The notes beneath the pieces were generated by a model. That model did not search any database. It had not been told where the DNA came from and saw nothing but the letters and a program-made list of their open reading frames with translations. A DNA stretch of 36,688 nt. Source: an uncultured Chlamydiae bacterium (GTDB lineage: Bacteria > Chlamydiota > Chlamydiia > Chlamydiales > JAJFMA01). Numbering within the stretch: the stretch's first letter is position 1; every line of letters begins with the position of its first letter. The stretch covers positions 1 through 36,688 of the forward strand of contig CAMFKD010000002.1 of assembly GCA_945957095.1 (NCBI GenBank). Reading direction: 5' to 3'. The translations under genes and the position numbers were made by a program. Below are positions 8,894 to 17,782 of this stretch, piece by piece.

Positions 8894-9951
8894 TGCCAAT
8901 CGGGACGATAGCCAACTAATTCTTCGGCTGTTCGCGGTGTTGTCGCATTTTTCTTCAACGCTTGGATCAGGCCCTCAGGGGAGGTGCTTTGATCTATCTT
9001 GGAGATGGAAATGCCGGCCAACTCAGCACGCATGGCAAAGGTTGTGTCGGAATAGAGCATCACCTCACTAATCGCGGCTCCCTCAAAGGTTGACAGTGGA
9101 GAGCGCTTGATAGGCAGGTGTGTATTGGCATCGACCAGCTGGCCATCTCGATCGCCTTCTTGCTGAGCTCTGGGGTGCTGCTGGAGCAGAATGAGGCAAT
9201 CAGCTAGGGCTTCCTGAGTTTGTGCAAGCAGAGCCATGATATGAGGGAACGTGCTTTGATAATACTCTTCATTTGCTGCGCCAACATAAATGAAAAGACG
9301 CCTTTTTCTCCAATCCTCCGGTAGCTTGTTCAGGATTGCTTCCCGTTCCCATTTGGCCTGTTGGAGGGATGCGACATCTTCCATGGGGAAGAAACCGATG
9401 CCAATACCAGTTGCTGGTATTGGTAACTGATGTTCATCTCTGACACCGCTTTCTTCTAATGCTGCATTAGCGAATAGGAAGCGAGCGCCCGTTTTGGCGA
9501 TGTCACCAGCCAGTTTAGAATAGATAGAGTTAACGTAGCTTTGTGGATTATCATAATAGGCCCAGCGGCGGCCTTGATATTCCTTTTCTAGTGCTTGATG
9601 CAACAGAGTGAAGAAGCCCTCTCCAATGTCTGTCACGATATGTTTGGAAGAAGCGCATTTGGTGACGATCGTGTTAGCAAGCTTCTGCTGTTGTTCAGGC
9701 TCGAGTGTGTGGATGAGAGGGGCAGTGGGGTGAAAGTTGATGGCTTCGACGCCGTAGCGATTGAGCACTTCTAGTGCTTTTTCAGAAGCATAGACATCTA
9801 CTTTGAGACCCCTGTCTCGCAACGTCTGCGCCAGACTGGCAAAGTGCTGACCGGGATTGGGATGCAGCGCAATGAAGGTAACGTCAGCCGCCAATAGAGG
9901 CTGACACAACATCATCAGATATCCAAAAAAGAAGCCATACTTCTGTCTCAT
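8863..9951 (-). CDS. Hypothetical secreted protein (alpha/beta, possibly two-Rossmann-lobe)
   Basis: ATG at 9951. The signal peptide is MRQKYGFFFGYLMMLCQPLLAADV. No motif I can name. The 3' end overlaps the convergent AvrB-like gene by 31 nt. Confidence 0.55.
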   Translation of the reverse strand: MRQKYGFFFGYLMMLCQPLLAADVTFIALHPNPGQHFASLAQTLRDRGLKVDVYASEKALEVLNRYGVEAINFHPTAPLIHTLEPEQQQKLANTIVTKCASSKHIVTDIGEGFFTLLHQALEKEYQGRRWAYYDNPQSYVNSIYSKLAGDIAKTGARFLFANAALEESGVRDEHQLPIPATGIGIGFFPMEDVASLQQAKWEREAILNKLPEDWRKRRLFIYVGAANEEYYQSTFPHIMALLAQTQEALADCLILLQQHPRAQQEGDRDGQLVDANTHLPIKRSPLSTFEGAAISEVMLYSDTTFAMRAELAGISISKIDQSTSPEGLIQALKKNATTPRTAEELVGYRPDWHQRLIDIFTE

Positions 9952-10017
9952 GCGTATTAGGATATCATGCCGGGCTTTACTCGACTAGACGAACCTTTGC
10001 CTTTTAGGAATTTATCA

Positions 10018-10105
10018 CCACAAAGTGCACAGAGAACGCAGAGGAAAATAGAAAATGAGGAACCCCTTTCGATTTTTCTTTCTGCGCGCTCTGTGATCTC
10101 TGTGG
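10018..10105. repeat. Imperfect inverted repeat built from CTCTGTG/CACAGAG motifs, downstream of the DUF853 gene
   Basis: Arms 10018-10048 and 10074-10105 match at about 23 of 31 positions in my hand alignment. It contains cacagagaacgcagagg and ctgcgcgctctgtgatctctgtgg. The same CTCTG(T/C)G motif recurs at 31381-31470. Confidence 0.4.
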
Positions 10106-10128
10106 TAAAATTTAGCGGAAACGGCTGT

Positions 10129-11652
10129 TTATTTGCGGCGTTTGGAACCCATGATGGCACCTAGTACGCCTCTCACGACTGTATTGGCAACCGATTTGAC
10201 TAAGGGATTTTTGGTGACAGCGACAAGGACGTCAAAGAAGCCTGTTCCCTTGGAAGTTCCACTTGGTTGATTACCAGGTGATGTGGGTTGAGATGCCGTT
10301 GCTGGATTCAGTTTGCGCGTCAGCATCTCATAGGCGCTGTCGCGGTCGATGACTTCGTCATATTTGGAAGCGATGGTGGAAGCGTTGACAATATCCTGCT
10401 GTTCTTGCGGTGACAGCACATCCATCCGCGATTGTGGGGCACAGAGCAGGCAATGCGCAAGCGGGGTGGGGTTACCTTTTTCATTCAATACTGTGACAAG
10501 GGCTTCTCCGATCCCCAGAGAGGTTAAGAGATCTTCGGTTTTATAGAACTCTGTGGAAGGGTAGTTTTGGCTGACCAATTTGATATCCTTGCGGTCTTTG
10601 GCTGTAAAGGCTCGCAACGAGTGCTGAAATTTGGCGCCTAACTGGCTGAGGATGACATCTGGAATATCCGAAGGCAGCTGGGTACAGAAGTAGATACCGA
10701 CACCTTTTGATCGAATTAATTTGATGACGGTCTCTAGCTCATTTAAGAGGGGCTTGGTGGCATCTCTGAAGATCAGATGGGCTTCATCGATGAAGATGAC
10801 CAGCTTGGGTTCTGCCTTGTCGCCCAGTTCTGGAAACTTCGCAAACACCTCAGCGAGCAAGCAGAGCATAAAAGAGGAAAATAACTTAGGCTTGTCTTGG
10901 ATATCTCCTAAGCGCAGCACATTGATGTAACCGCGACCTTTGGCATCTGTGCGCAAGAGATCCTCGATATCAAACGACTTTTCTCCAAAGAACCTGTCGG
11001 CGCCTTGTTGTTCGATTTCGAGCAACTTGCGCATGATGACACCAACAGAGGCAGAGCTGATTCCTCCGTATGCCTCGAGTTCCTTCGCGCCTTCCTTGCT
11101 AAGGTACTGCAGCGCGGTTCTGAAGTCTTTCAAATCCAGAAGAGGTAAACCCTTGTCGTCGCAGTATTTGAAGACGATCGTGACAGCCCCTTGCTGGTTT
11201 TCGTTGAGATCTAGGATTTTTGAAAACAAAACAGGTCCAAACTCCGATACTGTTGCTCTTAGGCGAAGCCCAGTCTCATTGGAAATTGACATCAACTCAA
11301 CGGGGTAGGCTTGGCTATTCCACGGAGCACCGATCAGCTTCATCCGGTCGGTGATGTTCGGATTTGCTGTGCCTGGCTTTGCGACGCCGCTGACATCGCC
11401 TTTGATATCCATGAGAAGGACGCTGACGCCATTGTTAGAGAGCGCTTCGGCAAAATGTTGGATGGTCTTGGTCTTTCCAGTCCCAGTCGCTCCTGCAATC
11501 AGGCCATGTCTGTTAACTGTGGACAGCGGCATCTTGATTTGGAGGTTGGAGACTGCTTTGCCCTCTTGCATGGCAGCGCCTAGGATGATCTGCTTACCGC
11601 TAAAGGAATAGCCCGCTTCCATGGCTTTAGAGAAATCTGCTTGTGATGCCAT
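10129..11652 (-). CDS. HerA-like / DUF853 family P-loop ATPase (YjgR-like)
   Basis: ATG at 11652 (MASQADFSKAMEAGY...) removes the overlap with the upstream GNAT that the listed start at 11703 would create. Walker A is GATGTGKTKT and Walker B is LVIFIDEAH. The layout is typical of DUF853 and the C-terminus is basic. Confidence 0.85.
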   Translation of the reverse strand: MASQADFSKAMEAGYSFSGKQIILGAAMQEGKAVSNLQIKMPLSTVNRHGLIAGATGTGKTKTIQHFAEALSNNGVSVLLMDIKGDVSGVAKPGTANPNITDRMKLIGAPWNSQAYPVELMSISNETGLRLRATVSEFGPVLFSKILDLNENQQGAVTIVFKYCDDKGLPLLDLKDFRTALQYLSKEGAKELEAYGGISSASVGVIMRKLLEIEQQGADRFFGEKSFDIEDLLRTDAKGRGYINVLRLGDIQDKPKLFSSFMLCLLAEVFAKFPELGDKAEPKLVIFIDEAHLIFRDATKPLLNELETVIKLIRSKGVGIYFCTQLPSDIPDVILSQLGAKFQHSLRAFTAKDRKDIKLVSQNYPSTEFYKTEDLLTSLGIGEALVTVLNEKGNPTPLAHCLLCAPQSRMDVLSPQEQQDIVNASTIASKYDEVIDRDSAYEMLTRKLNPATASQPTSPGNQPSGTSKGTGFFDVLVAVTKNPLVKSVANTVVRGVLGAIMGSKRRK

Positions 11653-11677
11653 TTGTGTTTTCCCTACTTCCGGAAAG

Positions 11678-12514
11678 TTATCCGAGTTCAAAGGTAGAGA
11701 CACCGAAGACTTTGGCTAGCTGCTGTGTTGGAGCGGTACCGCGGTACATGCGGGCTGTCTCGAAGATCTTTTCTAGCTGATATGTTTGGGCGAGCTCAAA
11801 AGCGGCATCGTTGGATTGAACAATATCGAGATAGAGGGGAGCTTGTTCGCAATAGGAAGACAATGAGAGAAATAGTTCCTCAGCAGTATCTGCATCATCG
11901 GCGAAAAGAGGGCCAATTTTGTAGCCTGTTACGCACTGCCGGACTACACCATAGCCGGTCAGTTGCCTATTCTTTCTTTTCGCGAGTCCTTGGGCATTTG
12001 GCATCGTAATCCAGTGCTGCAGGAATTGCGATCTGTTGACGCCGTAGATCGATGTGTCATAGTCGAGGAGGTCTTGGAAAGGGATAGTGTCGAGGGATTC
12101 TACGCTATTGCTGCGTTTACCCTTTACGTTTCCCCCATAGCGGAAATTATTGTAGAAGAACGCAAAGCCTGACTTCTTGTAATTCTCTTGCTGTGCGACG
12201 ACACCATCTAGACCAATACTACGATTTCCTAGATAGTCTATCGCATGGTTCCATAGCTGTATGCCGTACCCCTGTTTACGGTATGTTGGTATCACGATAT
12301 ATAATCCCATAAAGGCATAGGCATTGTTGTAAGCGACGGCGCTAATACATCCGATCGGTTCGCCATTCAGCCTTTCGATAAAGAAGCCATTGGGATCGGT
12401 GAAATAGAAAGAAGCGGCGTCGGCAAGGCCGGGGTTCCAGCCTTCCTCTCGTGCAGCTGCCAATAGGAACTGCAGATCGTGTAGGGTAGCTGTTTCAATA
12501 GTAGAATCGCTCAT
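11678..12514 (-). CDS. GNAT family N-acetyltransferase with YitH-like C-terminal domain
   Basis: ATG at 12514 (MSDSTIETATLHDL...); the listed TTG at 12538 is 8 codons upstream. The GNAT core is MGLYIVIPTYRKQGYGIQLWNHA. The start codon choice is uncertain. Confidence 0.75.
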   Translation of the reverse strand: MSDSTIETATLHDLQFLLAAAREEGWNPGLADAASFYFTDPNGFFIERLNGEPIGCISAVAYNNAYAFMGLYIVIPTYRKQGYGIQLWNHAIDYLGNRSIGLDGVVAQQENYKKSGFAFFYNNFRYGGNVKGKRSNSVESLDTIPFQDLLDYDTSIYGVNRSQFLQHWITMPNAQGLAKRKNRQLTGYGVVRQCVTGYKIGPLFADDADTAEELFLSLSSYCEQAPLYLDIVQSNDAAFELAQTYQLEKIFETARMYRGTAPTQQLAKVFGVSTFELG

Positions 12515-13014
12515 GCTCACAAGACATAGCGCATTCAATATTTTAGCGGAAGCTATGTCACCGTTCGGACCGGTCTAAGCGGTCTTGGAACTATTAATGA
12601 TCGCATCAAGCATAGCCTTGCCTGCGTCTGTTAAACCACACACCCTTATCGACATGTCAGGTTGTTCGATATCGTTTCCAAAGAGGAGGGTGCAGTTGGA
12701 AGTCCATTTGGAACAGATAGTAGAACTGTTCTCAAATGATAGCAGCAATAAGAAACTCCTGCTGATAACACAGCGACTTGGAGGTATCTGACAAAAGGAA
12801 AGGAAGTCTGAGAGTCGGCTTCGCTATTATTCGGTCTGGTCTTAGGGAAAGGTTGGGCGACAATCGGTGTTGTAAGTTGTTGAGTTGATGCAGTTCGAAT
12901 CGGCTGAGTTGAAAAGAAAGGGAGCTTGGCTAATGCTTCATCTGCCATTTGCCGGCAGGTATCCCACAGAGATGGCGACGCCTTGCTCTTAAGGACTTTG
13001 AGGGCCATAACATT

Positions 13015-14037
13015 CTATCTTGTAACGCAATTAAATTCTTCTTCAAATTGCCTAATCGTTTTTAGAATTAATTCCCATGAGGGAATCTCTCTGAAAAGCA
13101 TGGACTCCATCTGTAAGTAATCTCTTTGAAGTTCCTTCAAAACATGAGAAGGAGGAATAAGTTTTAAAGTTCCTCTTCTAGCCGTGCCATAGTTTGCCCA
13201 ACTTGATGCAAAATAAACGCTTTTGTGATTGGCTACTCTTTCAAGTAAGAAAGACTCTTCAAGGGCTTTTTCCTTTATCGGAGAGTTGAGTAATCGGAAA
13301 AAATCGTAAAAGTGCCTGGAAATGCGTGAAGGAATTCTTTTATCTGCAGGTAAATGAACATATTGATGCAGGATAGTCGCTTTCTCCCAAAACGTTCTTT
13401 CGACATTCAGTACACGAACCTTGGTTTCCGTCTCGTGGATTTTTTCCCTTAAAGCTTCTTTGGTATAGCTATGAATGATATGGTCGCTAACAGGCCAATG
13501 TTCTGATCTTGCACCCATCTCTATTTTCACAATGGGGCGGATATAGTCCGCGTTTGATTTCTTGCTTTGGTATTCAAATAATAACGTTTGGGAATCAGGG
13601 TTATCTGAATCGGAAAAAAGTTGCCACCCCTTGTTGTTTCCAAGTTCTGCACTGATCGCGGTCGTTAGCTCATGTAACATGTCGTTTTGTACATAGTTAG
13701 CGCAAGCTTGGGAGAGATTTTCAATAATGAGATTTTGCTTCTTCTTGGAGGGTGCGTTTTCGGGATTGTTGGAAGTTCCAAAACCGAAAAACTCTCGTTC
13801 AATGGAGAGATCAATATCTTCGGAAAAACGATCAATCAATCTGTATACTTTTGAAAGAGAAGTCCCTCCCTTAAAGGTAAGATAAGGTCTCACTTTTTCT
13901 AATGAAAACAACCTTCCTAAAATCCATACAACCCAAAAGTCTTTTTCAATAATTTCAAAAGGCATGTTTTGGATGTCGGCAGCTGTTTGAAAGAAAAGTT
14001 CTCGCTCATCTTGAGTGAAAAGGTGGATTTCATTCAT
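13015..14037 (-). CDS. abiEii: AbiEii/AbiGii-family nucleotidyltransferase toxin (type IV toxin-antitoxin / abortive infection)
   Basis: The N-terminus is FEIIEKDFWVVWILGRL. The NTase motif is TFKGGTSLSKVY...RFSEDIDLSI. 340 aa, AT-rich relative to flanking genes. Confidence 0.9.
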   Translation of the reverse strand: MNEIHLFTQDERELFFQTAADIQNMPFEIIEKDFWVVWILGRLFSLEKVRPYLTFKGGTSLSKVYRLIDRFSEDIDLSIEREFFGFGTSNNPENAPSKKKQNLIIENLSQACANYVQNDMLHELTTAISAELGNNKGWQLFSDSDNPDSQTLLFEYQSKKSNADYIRPIVKIEMGARSEHWPVSDHIIHSYTKEALREKIHETETKVRVLNVERTFWEKATILHQYVHLPADKRIPSRISRHFYDFFRLLNSPIKEKALEESFLLERVANHKSVYFASSWANYGTARRGTLKLIPPSHVLKELQRDYLQMESMLFREIPSWELILKTIRQFEEEFNCVTR

Positions 14038-14642
14038 GGCTTAAGCTCCATTATGTCAAAAACAAGAGCTCGTATCCAGGCTGGAGCAAATTTCATGTTT
14101 TTTTTAATTTCCTCTTTAGGTGAGTCTTTGAGGAGTTTTGAAATTTGTATGCGTGCTTTTTGATCGATGTGATCTTTTCCTAAATTTTTCAAAGCTTGGA
14201 TTAATAGTCCTTCCCTGGTTCCAGCGGAAAGCATGTTTTTCTTTGTCGTTTTTTTGAAGACTATTTCTTGATTGCCAATCTTGACTTTTTTGGAAGCAGC
14301 TTCAGTTAGAAATATAATTCGACCAGGAACTTGTGTGGAAAGGCCAACTAAATTCGCTGCATGAGCACCTGCTGGTTGAATTAGTACTCCGTCTTTTTCT
14401 GCAATCGCCTTTGCTACTTCGTTCAAATCGGGAGGAATAACGCCTAGTGTATCGTGTTTTTTAGGATAATCATAGAGCCCCCTAGCAAGTCTTCGTATGA
14501 ATTTTTGTTTTTCAAGTTGTGATAATGCTTTCCTAATGGAGGCATCACTTCCTAGGTCCGAAAAATGCATTGGCGTAAAGCACCAGCCAGGGCCATGCTC
14601 GATGATTCTATTCTTGATTGTTGTTTCAGTGCTATGACGCAT
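14034..14642 (-). CDS. abiEi: AbiEi-family antitoxin / transcriptional regulator (DUF6088-like)
   Basis: ATG at 14642 (MRHSTETTIKNRIIEHGPGWCFTPMHFSDLGS...IRRLARGLYDYPK). The stop overlaps the abiEii start as ATGA (14034-14037). The listed TTG at 14696 would run through operator IR1. Confidence 0.85.
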   Translation of the reverse strand: MRHSTETTIKNRIIEHGPGWCFTPMHFSDLGSDASIRKALSQLEKQKFIRRLARGLYDYPKKHDTLGVIPPDLNEVAKAIAEKDGVLIQPAGAHAANLVGLSTQVPGRIIFLTEAASKKVKIGNQEIVFKKTTKKNMLSAGTREGLLIQALKNLGKDHIDQKARIQISKLLKDSPKEEIKKNMKFAPAWIRALVFDIMELKP

Positions 14643-14660
14643 TCTGACCAGCCTCTGTTT

Positions 14661-14740
14661 TTCACAAAAACTAGCATGTTTTTGTGAAATTAGCAATCAA
14701 AAACCTTAGATTTCACAAAAAGAGACTGTTTTTTGTGAAA
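14661..14740 (-). promoter_or_regulatory. Two tandem inverted-repeat operators upstream of abiEi
   Basis: IR1 is 14661-14688 (ttcacaaaaa-N8-tttttgtgaa). IR2 is 14711-14740 (tttcacaaaaa-N7-ttttttgtgaaa). They lie 19-100 nt upstream of ATG 14642. Paired inverted repeats bound by AbiEi are the described autoregulatory architecture for AbiE. Confidence 0.6.
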
Positions 14741-14861
14741 AATGCTTGTCCTCAGTTGGCCAACATCTTGTTGGCTAAATGGGTAAGAAATCGCAGAGTT
14801 TTACTGCAGTTTAATCCAGTCTACTGCGTAAAATTTGCGTAATTGAGCTTTACGCAGCGGG

Positions 14862-14977
14862 ATTTTTTGGCGTGAATTTGAAGTTGTATATTACTAAAAA
14901 CAAAAGGCTTCAGTCGTAAAACTGAAGCCTTGAAATTGATTGGAGGTGGAGAGACGCATTCAGAACTTTTGATTGGG
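14862..14977 (-). repeat. att-like junction: copy of the ssrA downstream flank and terminator hairpin, the 13-nt ssrA 3' core, and an island arm
   Basis: 14862-14953 matches 19373-19465 at about 85% over ~92 nt by eye. The match includes the hairpin aaggcttcagt-N6-actgaagcctt and the core tggaggtggagag (14941-14953). 14954-14977 (acgcattcagaacttttgattggg) matches 17904-17927. Confidence 0.75.
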
Positions 14978-14995
14978 CGCAAATTATCGAAAATT

Positions 14996-15135
14996 GGCCG
15001 TATTTTGATAGATACGGCCACTTTCTATTTAATACGGCCAAAATAGCTTGAAAAATGGCCGTATTTCTGCTAAAATGGCCGTATTAGAGAGTAGAGGTGG
15101 CCGTAATGAGCTTGCGTGACAAGAAAATGGCCGTA
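14996..15135 (+). repeat. Array of seven GGCCGTA boxes (consensus AAAWTGGCCGTATT): iteron/operator-like
   Basis: Direct copies lie at 14996, 15057, 15077, 15099 and 15129. Inverted copies (TACGGCC) lie at 15013 and 15033. Most spacings are 20-22 nt. Box 1 and box 2 form a palindrome with a 10-nt spacer. Confidence 0.7.
15048..15076 (+). promoter_or_regulatory. Candidate promoter of the Fic operon, interdigitated with GGCCGTA boxes
   Basis: TTGAAA (15048-15053), a 17-nt spacer containing box 4, then TAAAAT (15071-15076), immediately followed by box 5. GAGG at 15094-15097 precedes ATG 15106. Confidence 0.4.
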
Positions 15136-16455
15136 TTGAGGCAGCTAGGACTGGAGTCCGAACCAGTTGGTCTGACGGAGCTCATGCTCCGACTTGGCGA
15201 GGGATATAAGGAACGCTCGCTTAGACGCTGGTTGGGTCTCTTAGTCGAAGAGGGAGCGGTCAAAAAGATCGGCCAGAAGAGAGGGACTAAGTACATCGCA
15301 GCTGGTCGATCGGAAGAGGCCAACGATGAAGTGAGCAGTTGTTTTAGTTCCGCCAGCTTAGAAGCTATTGAGGTAGTTAAGCGGCCCCTGTTCGAGCGGC
15401 AGCCAGTTGCTTATGCAGATGATTGGTTCGATAGCTATCAGCCCAATTCGAGCTACTATCTACCAGAAGTGCTGCGAAGGCAACTACTGGCATCGGGTGA
15501 GCGTGCCAATGGGCAAGATCCTGCAGGAACCTATGCACATCAGATTTTCAACAGGCTTATTATTGATCTGTCCTATAACTCGTCGCGCCTTGAGGGTAAC
15601 ACCTATTCGCTTCTCGATACAGAACGTCTACTTCTTCACGGTGATACAGCCGAAGGAAAGCTGAATGAAGAGAAGGCAATGATCCTGAACCACAAAGAGG
15701 CTATTCGCTATCTGGTCGACAATGCGCCGAGGATTGAAGTAAGTCGCAATGTTATCTGCACTTTGCATTACCTATTGTCTGATGGTTTAGTTGAGTCTTC
15801 AGAAGCAGGCAAAGCCCGTAAGCACGGTGTGCGTATTGGAGGATCCACCTACATCCCTTTTGAGGATTCAAGGAGATTGGACGAACAGTTAGAAAGGATT
15901 GCTCGCAAAGCGGCGCTAATTAGGGATCCTTACGAACAGAGTCTTTTTCTTTTGGTACATGTAAGCTACCTGCAAGCTTTCGCAGATGTAAACAAACGGA
16001 CTGCTCGCTTGTCGGCAAATATTCCATTAATCAAAGGCAACCTTGTGCCGGCAGCATTCAGGGATGTTCGGGTTGATGATTACATGGCTGCGATGATCGC
16101 TGTCTACGAACTGCAGGATGTGCGACCAGTAGTGGACTTGTATGTTTATTCTTATTTGAGGACGTGTGCGGCATATGATTCGACTGTCAAAGCCATGGGT
16201 TTCGATGAGGTGAGGGTGCGGTATCGTCAGGAGAGAAGAGAGGTGGTCAGGGAGGTGGTTCTGCGAGGGCTTGCGGGCGAGGAACTGAGGGCATTTGTGG
16301 ATGAGGAAGCTGGTAAGCGCGTGCCGATGGCTGTGCGAGATGGATTTGTTGCGGATGTTTTTGAGGACTTAGAGCAGATAGACGAGAACCGGCTAGCTGG
16401 ATTAGGGGTGACACCAGAGCAGCTGAAAATGTGGCAGGAACGGTCAAGACGTTAG
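15106..16455 (+). CDS. Fic/Doc family protein with N-terminal winged-helix domain and non-canonical active-site motif
   Basis: The N-terminus looks wHTH-like (LTELMLRLGEGYKERSLRRWLGLLVEEGAVKKIGQKRGTKY). An intramolecular inhibitory-helix motif SxxxEG is present (SSRLEGN), along with NHKEAIRYL. The Fic motif position reads QAFADVNKRTAR instead of HxFx(D/E)GNGRxxR, so His is replaced by Gln and the NKR is Doc-like. Alternative starts are GTG 15097 and ATG 15127. Confidence 0.8.
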   Translation: MSLRDKKMAVLRQLGLESEPVGLTELMLRLGEGYKERSLRRWLGLLVEEGAVKKIGQKRGTKYIAAGRSEEANDEVSSCFSSASLEAIEVVKRPLFERQPVAYADDWFDSYQPNSSYYLPEVLRRQLLASGERANGQDPAGTYAHQIFNRLIIDLSYNSSRLEGNTYSLLDTERLLLHGDTAEGKLNEEKAMILNHKEAIRYLVDNAPRIEVSRNVICTLHYLLSDGLVESSEAGKARKHGVRIGGSTYIPFEDSRRLDEQLERIARKAALIRDPYEQSLFLLVHVSYLQAFADVNKRTARLSANIPLIKGNLVPAAFRDVRVDDYMAAMIAVYELQDVRPVVDLYVYSYLRTCAAYDSTVKAMGFDEVRVRYRQERREVVREVVLRGLAGEELRAFVDEEAGKRVPMAVRDGFVADVFEDLEQIDENRLAGLGVTPEQLKMWQERSRR

Positions 16456-17282
16456 TGGCATCCTCAAAGCAGAGAATTCAAATGGATCCGAATTTGACGA
16501 AACTATCCAAACTACTGGATTTTGCAGCTGACGTAATGGATGCGGCGAACATACCTTCGCCGCTCCAGCAGCGGGGGGCAAAAAGGCATCTATTCATGTT
16601 AATAGTGGCTGGCCATAATTATTCGGAATCCGTTTTCGTGTTGTGCAAACAGGGGAGAACGCATGCGGCACATGTACTGCTTCGATCGCTTTGTGAGTGT
16701 TTGATCAAATCGAGATACCTGTACTGTAATCCGCGACTACATCTTTGGGAGTTACGGCTGGAGGCTTTCATTGAGAAGCGCAGACATCTGAACGGAATGA
16801 AGGGATTTCTTGCATCTAGTTACTCGACCGATGCACATAGGGCAAATCTCTCTATCGACGAAGTTGAGGCAAGTTTGAATCATCTGCACAATTCGATAGT
16901 ATATTGTGAGCGTTCCTATCGAAATTATGGAGGCAAATTTAATGGAGGGGAACCAGTTATCAGGGGAGTACTAAGTAAGGCGGAGTACGTTGATAGGCAT
17001 AACTCGGGTCTGAATGCCAAGTCAGAGTCGCTAGCTTACGTTTACCACCTAGTGTACCGTCAGCTCTCGTCAGCTGTCCATTTAGATGGGCGAAGTTTTT
17101 CTGACTTTTTGTCCTGGAGTGAGGATGGTTGCGAAACGCTGTTGAGTGGAAACCCCAAGGATGTCCCAGATGTGGCGAGGCTTGCTCTGTGGCTCTACCG
17201 CCAACTAATACGCCAGTTTTTTAGTGTCTATAGGCTTCCACATATCCGTCGGATGAATATCATATTGGGTGCTATCCTGTGA
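16431..17282 (+). CDS. All-helical hypothetical protein, DUF5677-like (tentative)
   Basis: It overlaps the Fic stop by 25 nt if it starts at GTG 16431; the alternative is ATG 16482. HVLLRSLCECLIKSRYL and YRQLSSAVH resemble my recollection of DUF5677 signatures. This is unverified. Confidence 0.55.
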   Translation: MAGTVKTLVASSKQRIQMDPNLTKLSKLLDFAADVMDAANIPSPLQQRGAKRHLFMLIVAGHNYSESVFVLCKQGRTHAAHVLLRSLCECLIKSRYLYCNPRLHLWELRLEAFIEKRRHLNGMKGFLASSYSTDAHRANLSIDEVEASLNHLHNSIVYCERSYRNYGGKFNGGEPVIRGVLSKAEYVDRHNSGLNAKSESLAYVYHLVYRQLSSAVHLDGRSFSDFLSWSEDGCETLLSGNPKDVPDVARLALWLYRQLIRQFFSVYRLPHIRRMNIILGAIL

Positions 17283-17305
17283 AGTTCTTTAATCTTGGAT
17301 AAATT

Positions 17306-17782
17306 GTGACAATCACTTTAGAAAAAGCTACGTCTGAAGATGCTGAAGCACTGCATGCTATACAAATTAAATCTTTTTCACCTGTTCTAGATAGATGCAA
17401 AGATTATGACACTAATCCTGCATGTGAACCTATAGATAAAACTCTCACAAGAATAACTGACCCATTAAAAGGCTTTTTTAAGATTTTAAAAGATAGTATT
17501 TTGGTCGGGGGTGTTGCCATCAAGCATATAGCCCCTGGAACCCTATTTTTAGGACCCATTTTTATTGACCCCGATTTTCAAAATCAAAAAATTGCTCAAA
17601 GGGCTTTAAAACTTATTGAAAACATGTTTCCTTCCGTAGATTTCATTGAGTTGCGTACCCTAGCTCAAGAAAAAGGCAACATTCATCTCTATGAGAAAAT
17701 GGGGTATGTGATTCATGGGGAATATAAAAAAATAAATAACTCGCTTGATCTAGTTTCTTTTAGGAAAAAAATAGCACGCTAA
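17306..17782 (+). CDS. Small GNAT family N-acetyltransferase
   Basis: GTG start, 23 nt after the preceding stop. 158 aa. The acetyl-CoA motif region is IFIDPDFQNQKIAQRALKLIE, followed by YEKMGY. Markedly AT-rich by eye. Confidence 0.7.
   Translation: MTITLEKATSEDAEALHAIQIKSFSPVLDRCKDYDTNPACEPIDKTLTRITDPLKGFFKILKDSILVGGVAIKHIAPGTLFLGPIFIDPDFQNQKIAQRALKLIENMFPSVDFIELRTLAQEKGNIHLYEKMGYVIHGEYKKINNSLDLVSFRKKIAR

Noticed and set aside
9957-10164. Two small ORFs on opposite strands (67 and 65 aa).
   Set aside because: Both are drawn through the CACAGAG/CTCTGTG inverted repeat, which gives low-complexity LCVLCALCG-type peptides. Neither has an RBS.
12778-12785. ttggaggt, an 8-nt match to the ssrA core that could mark the missing left island boundary.
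   Set aside because: Only 8 nt match, and none of the flanking arm or terminator similarity is present. This is too short to distinguish from chance.
12890-12910. A GTTCGAATC T-loop-like string that might indicate a tRNA fragment or att site.
   Set aside because: The flanking bases cannot form a T-stem or acceptor stem (tgcag versus cggct do not pair).
12646-13008. 120-aa minus-strand ORF directly downstream of abiEii, and a 68-aa plus-strand ORF at 12585..12791.
   Set aside because: No motif, no RBS I can see, and low-complexity Ser/Thr/Pro-rich composition. The region is more likely junction DNA at the undefined left edge of the accessory region. A small real gene cannot be excluded.
14821-15021. 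The 66-aa minus-strand ORF, and the N-terminal 68 codons of ORF 18589..19488, share the peptide SPPPI.(F/V)KASV.RLKPFVFS.
   Set aside because: The shared peptide is simply translation through the duplicated ssrA 3' end and terminator hairpin. The methyltransferase has a good ATG and RBS at 19284, and the 66-aa ORF has no independent support.
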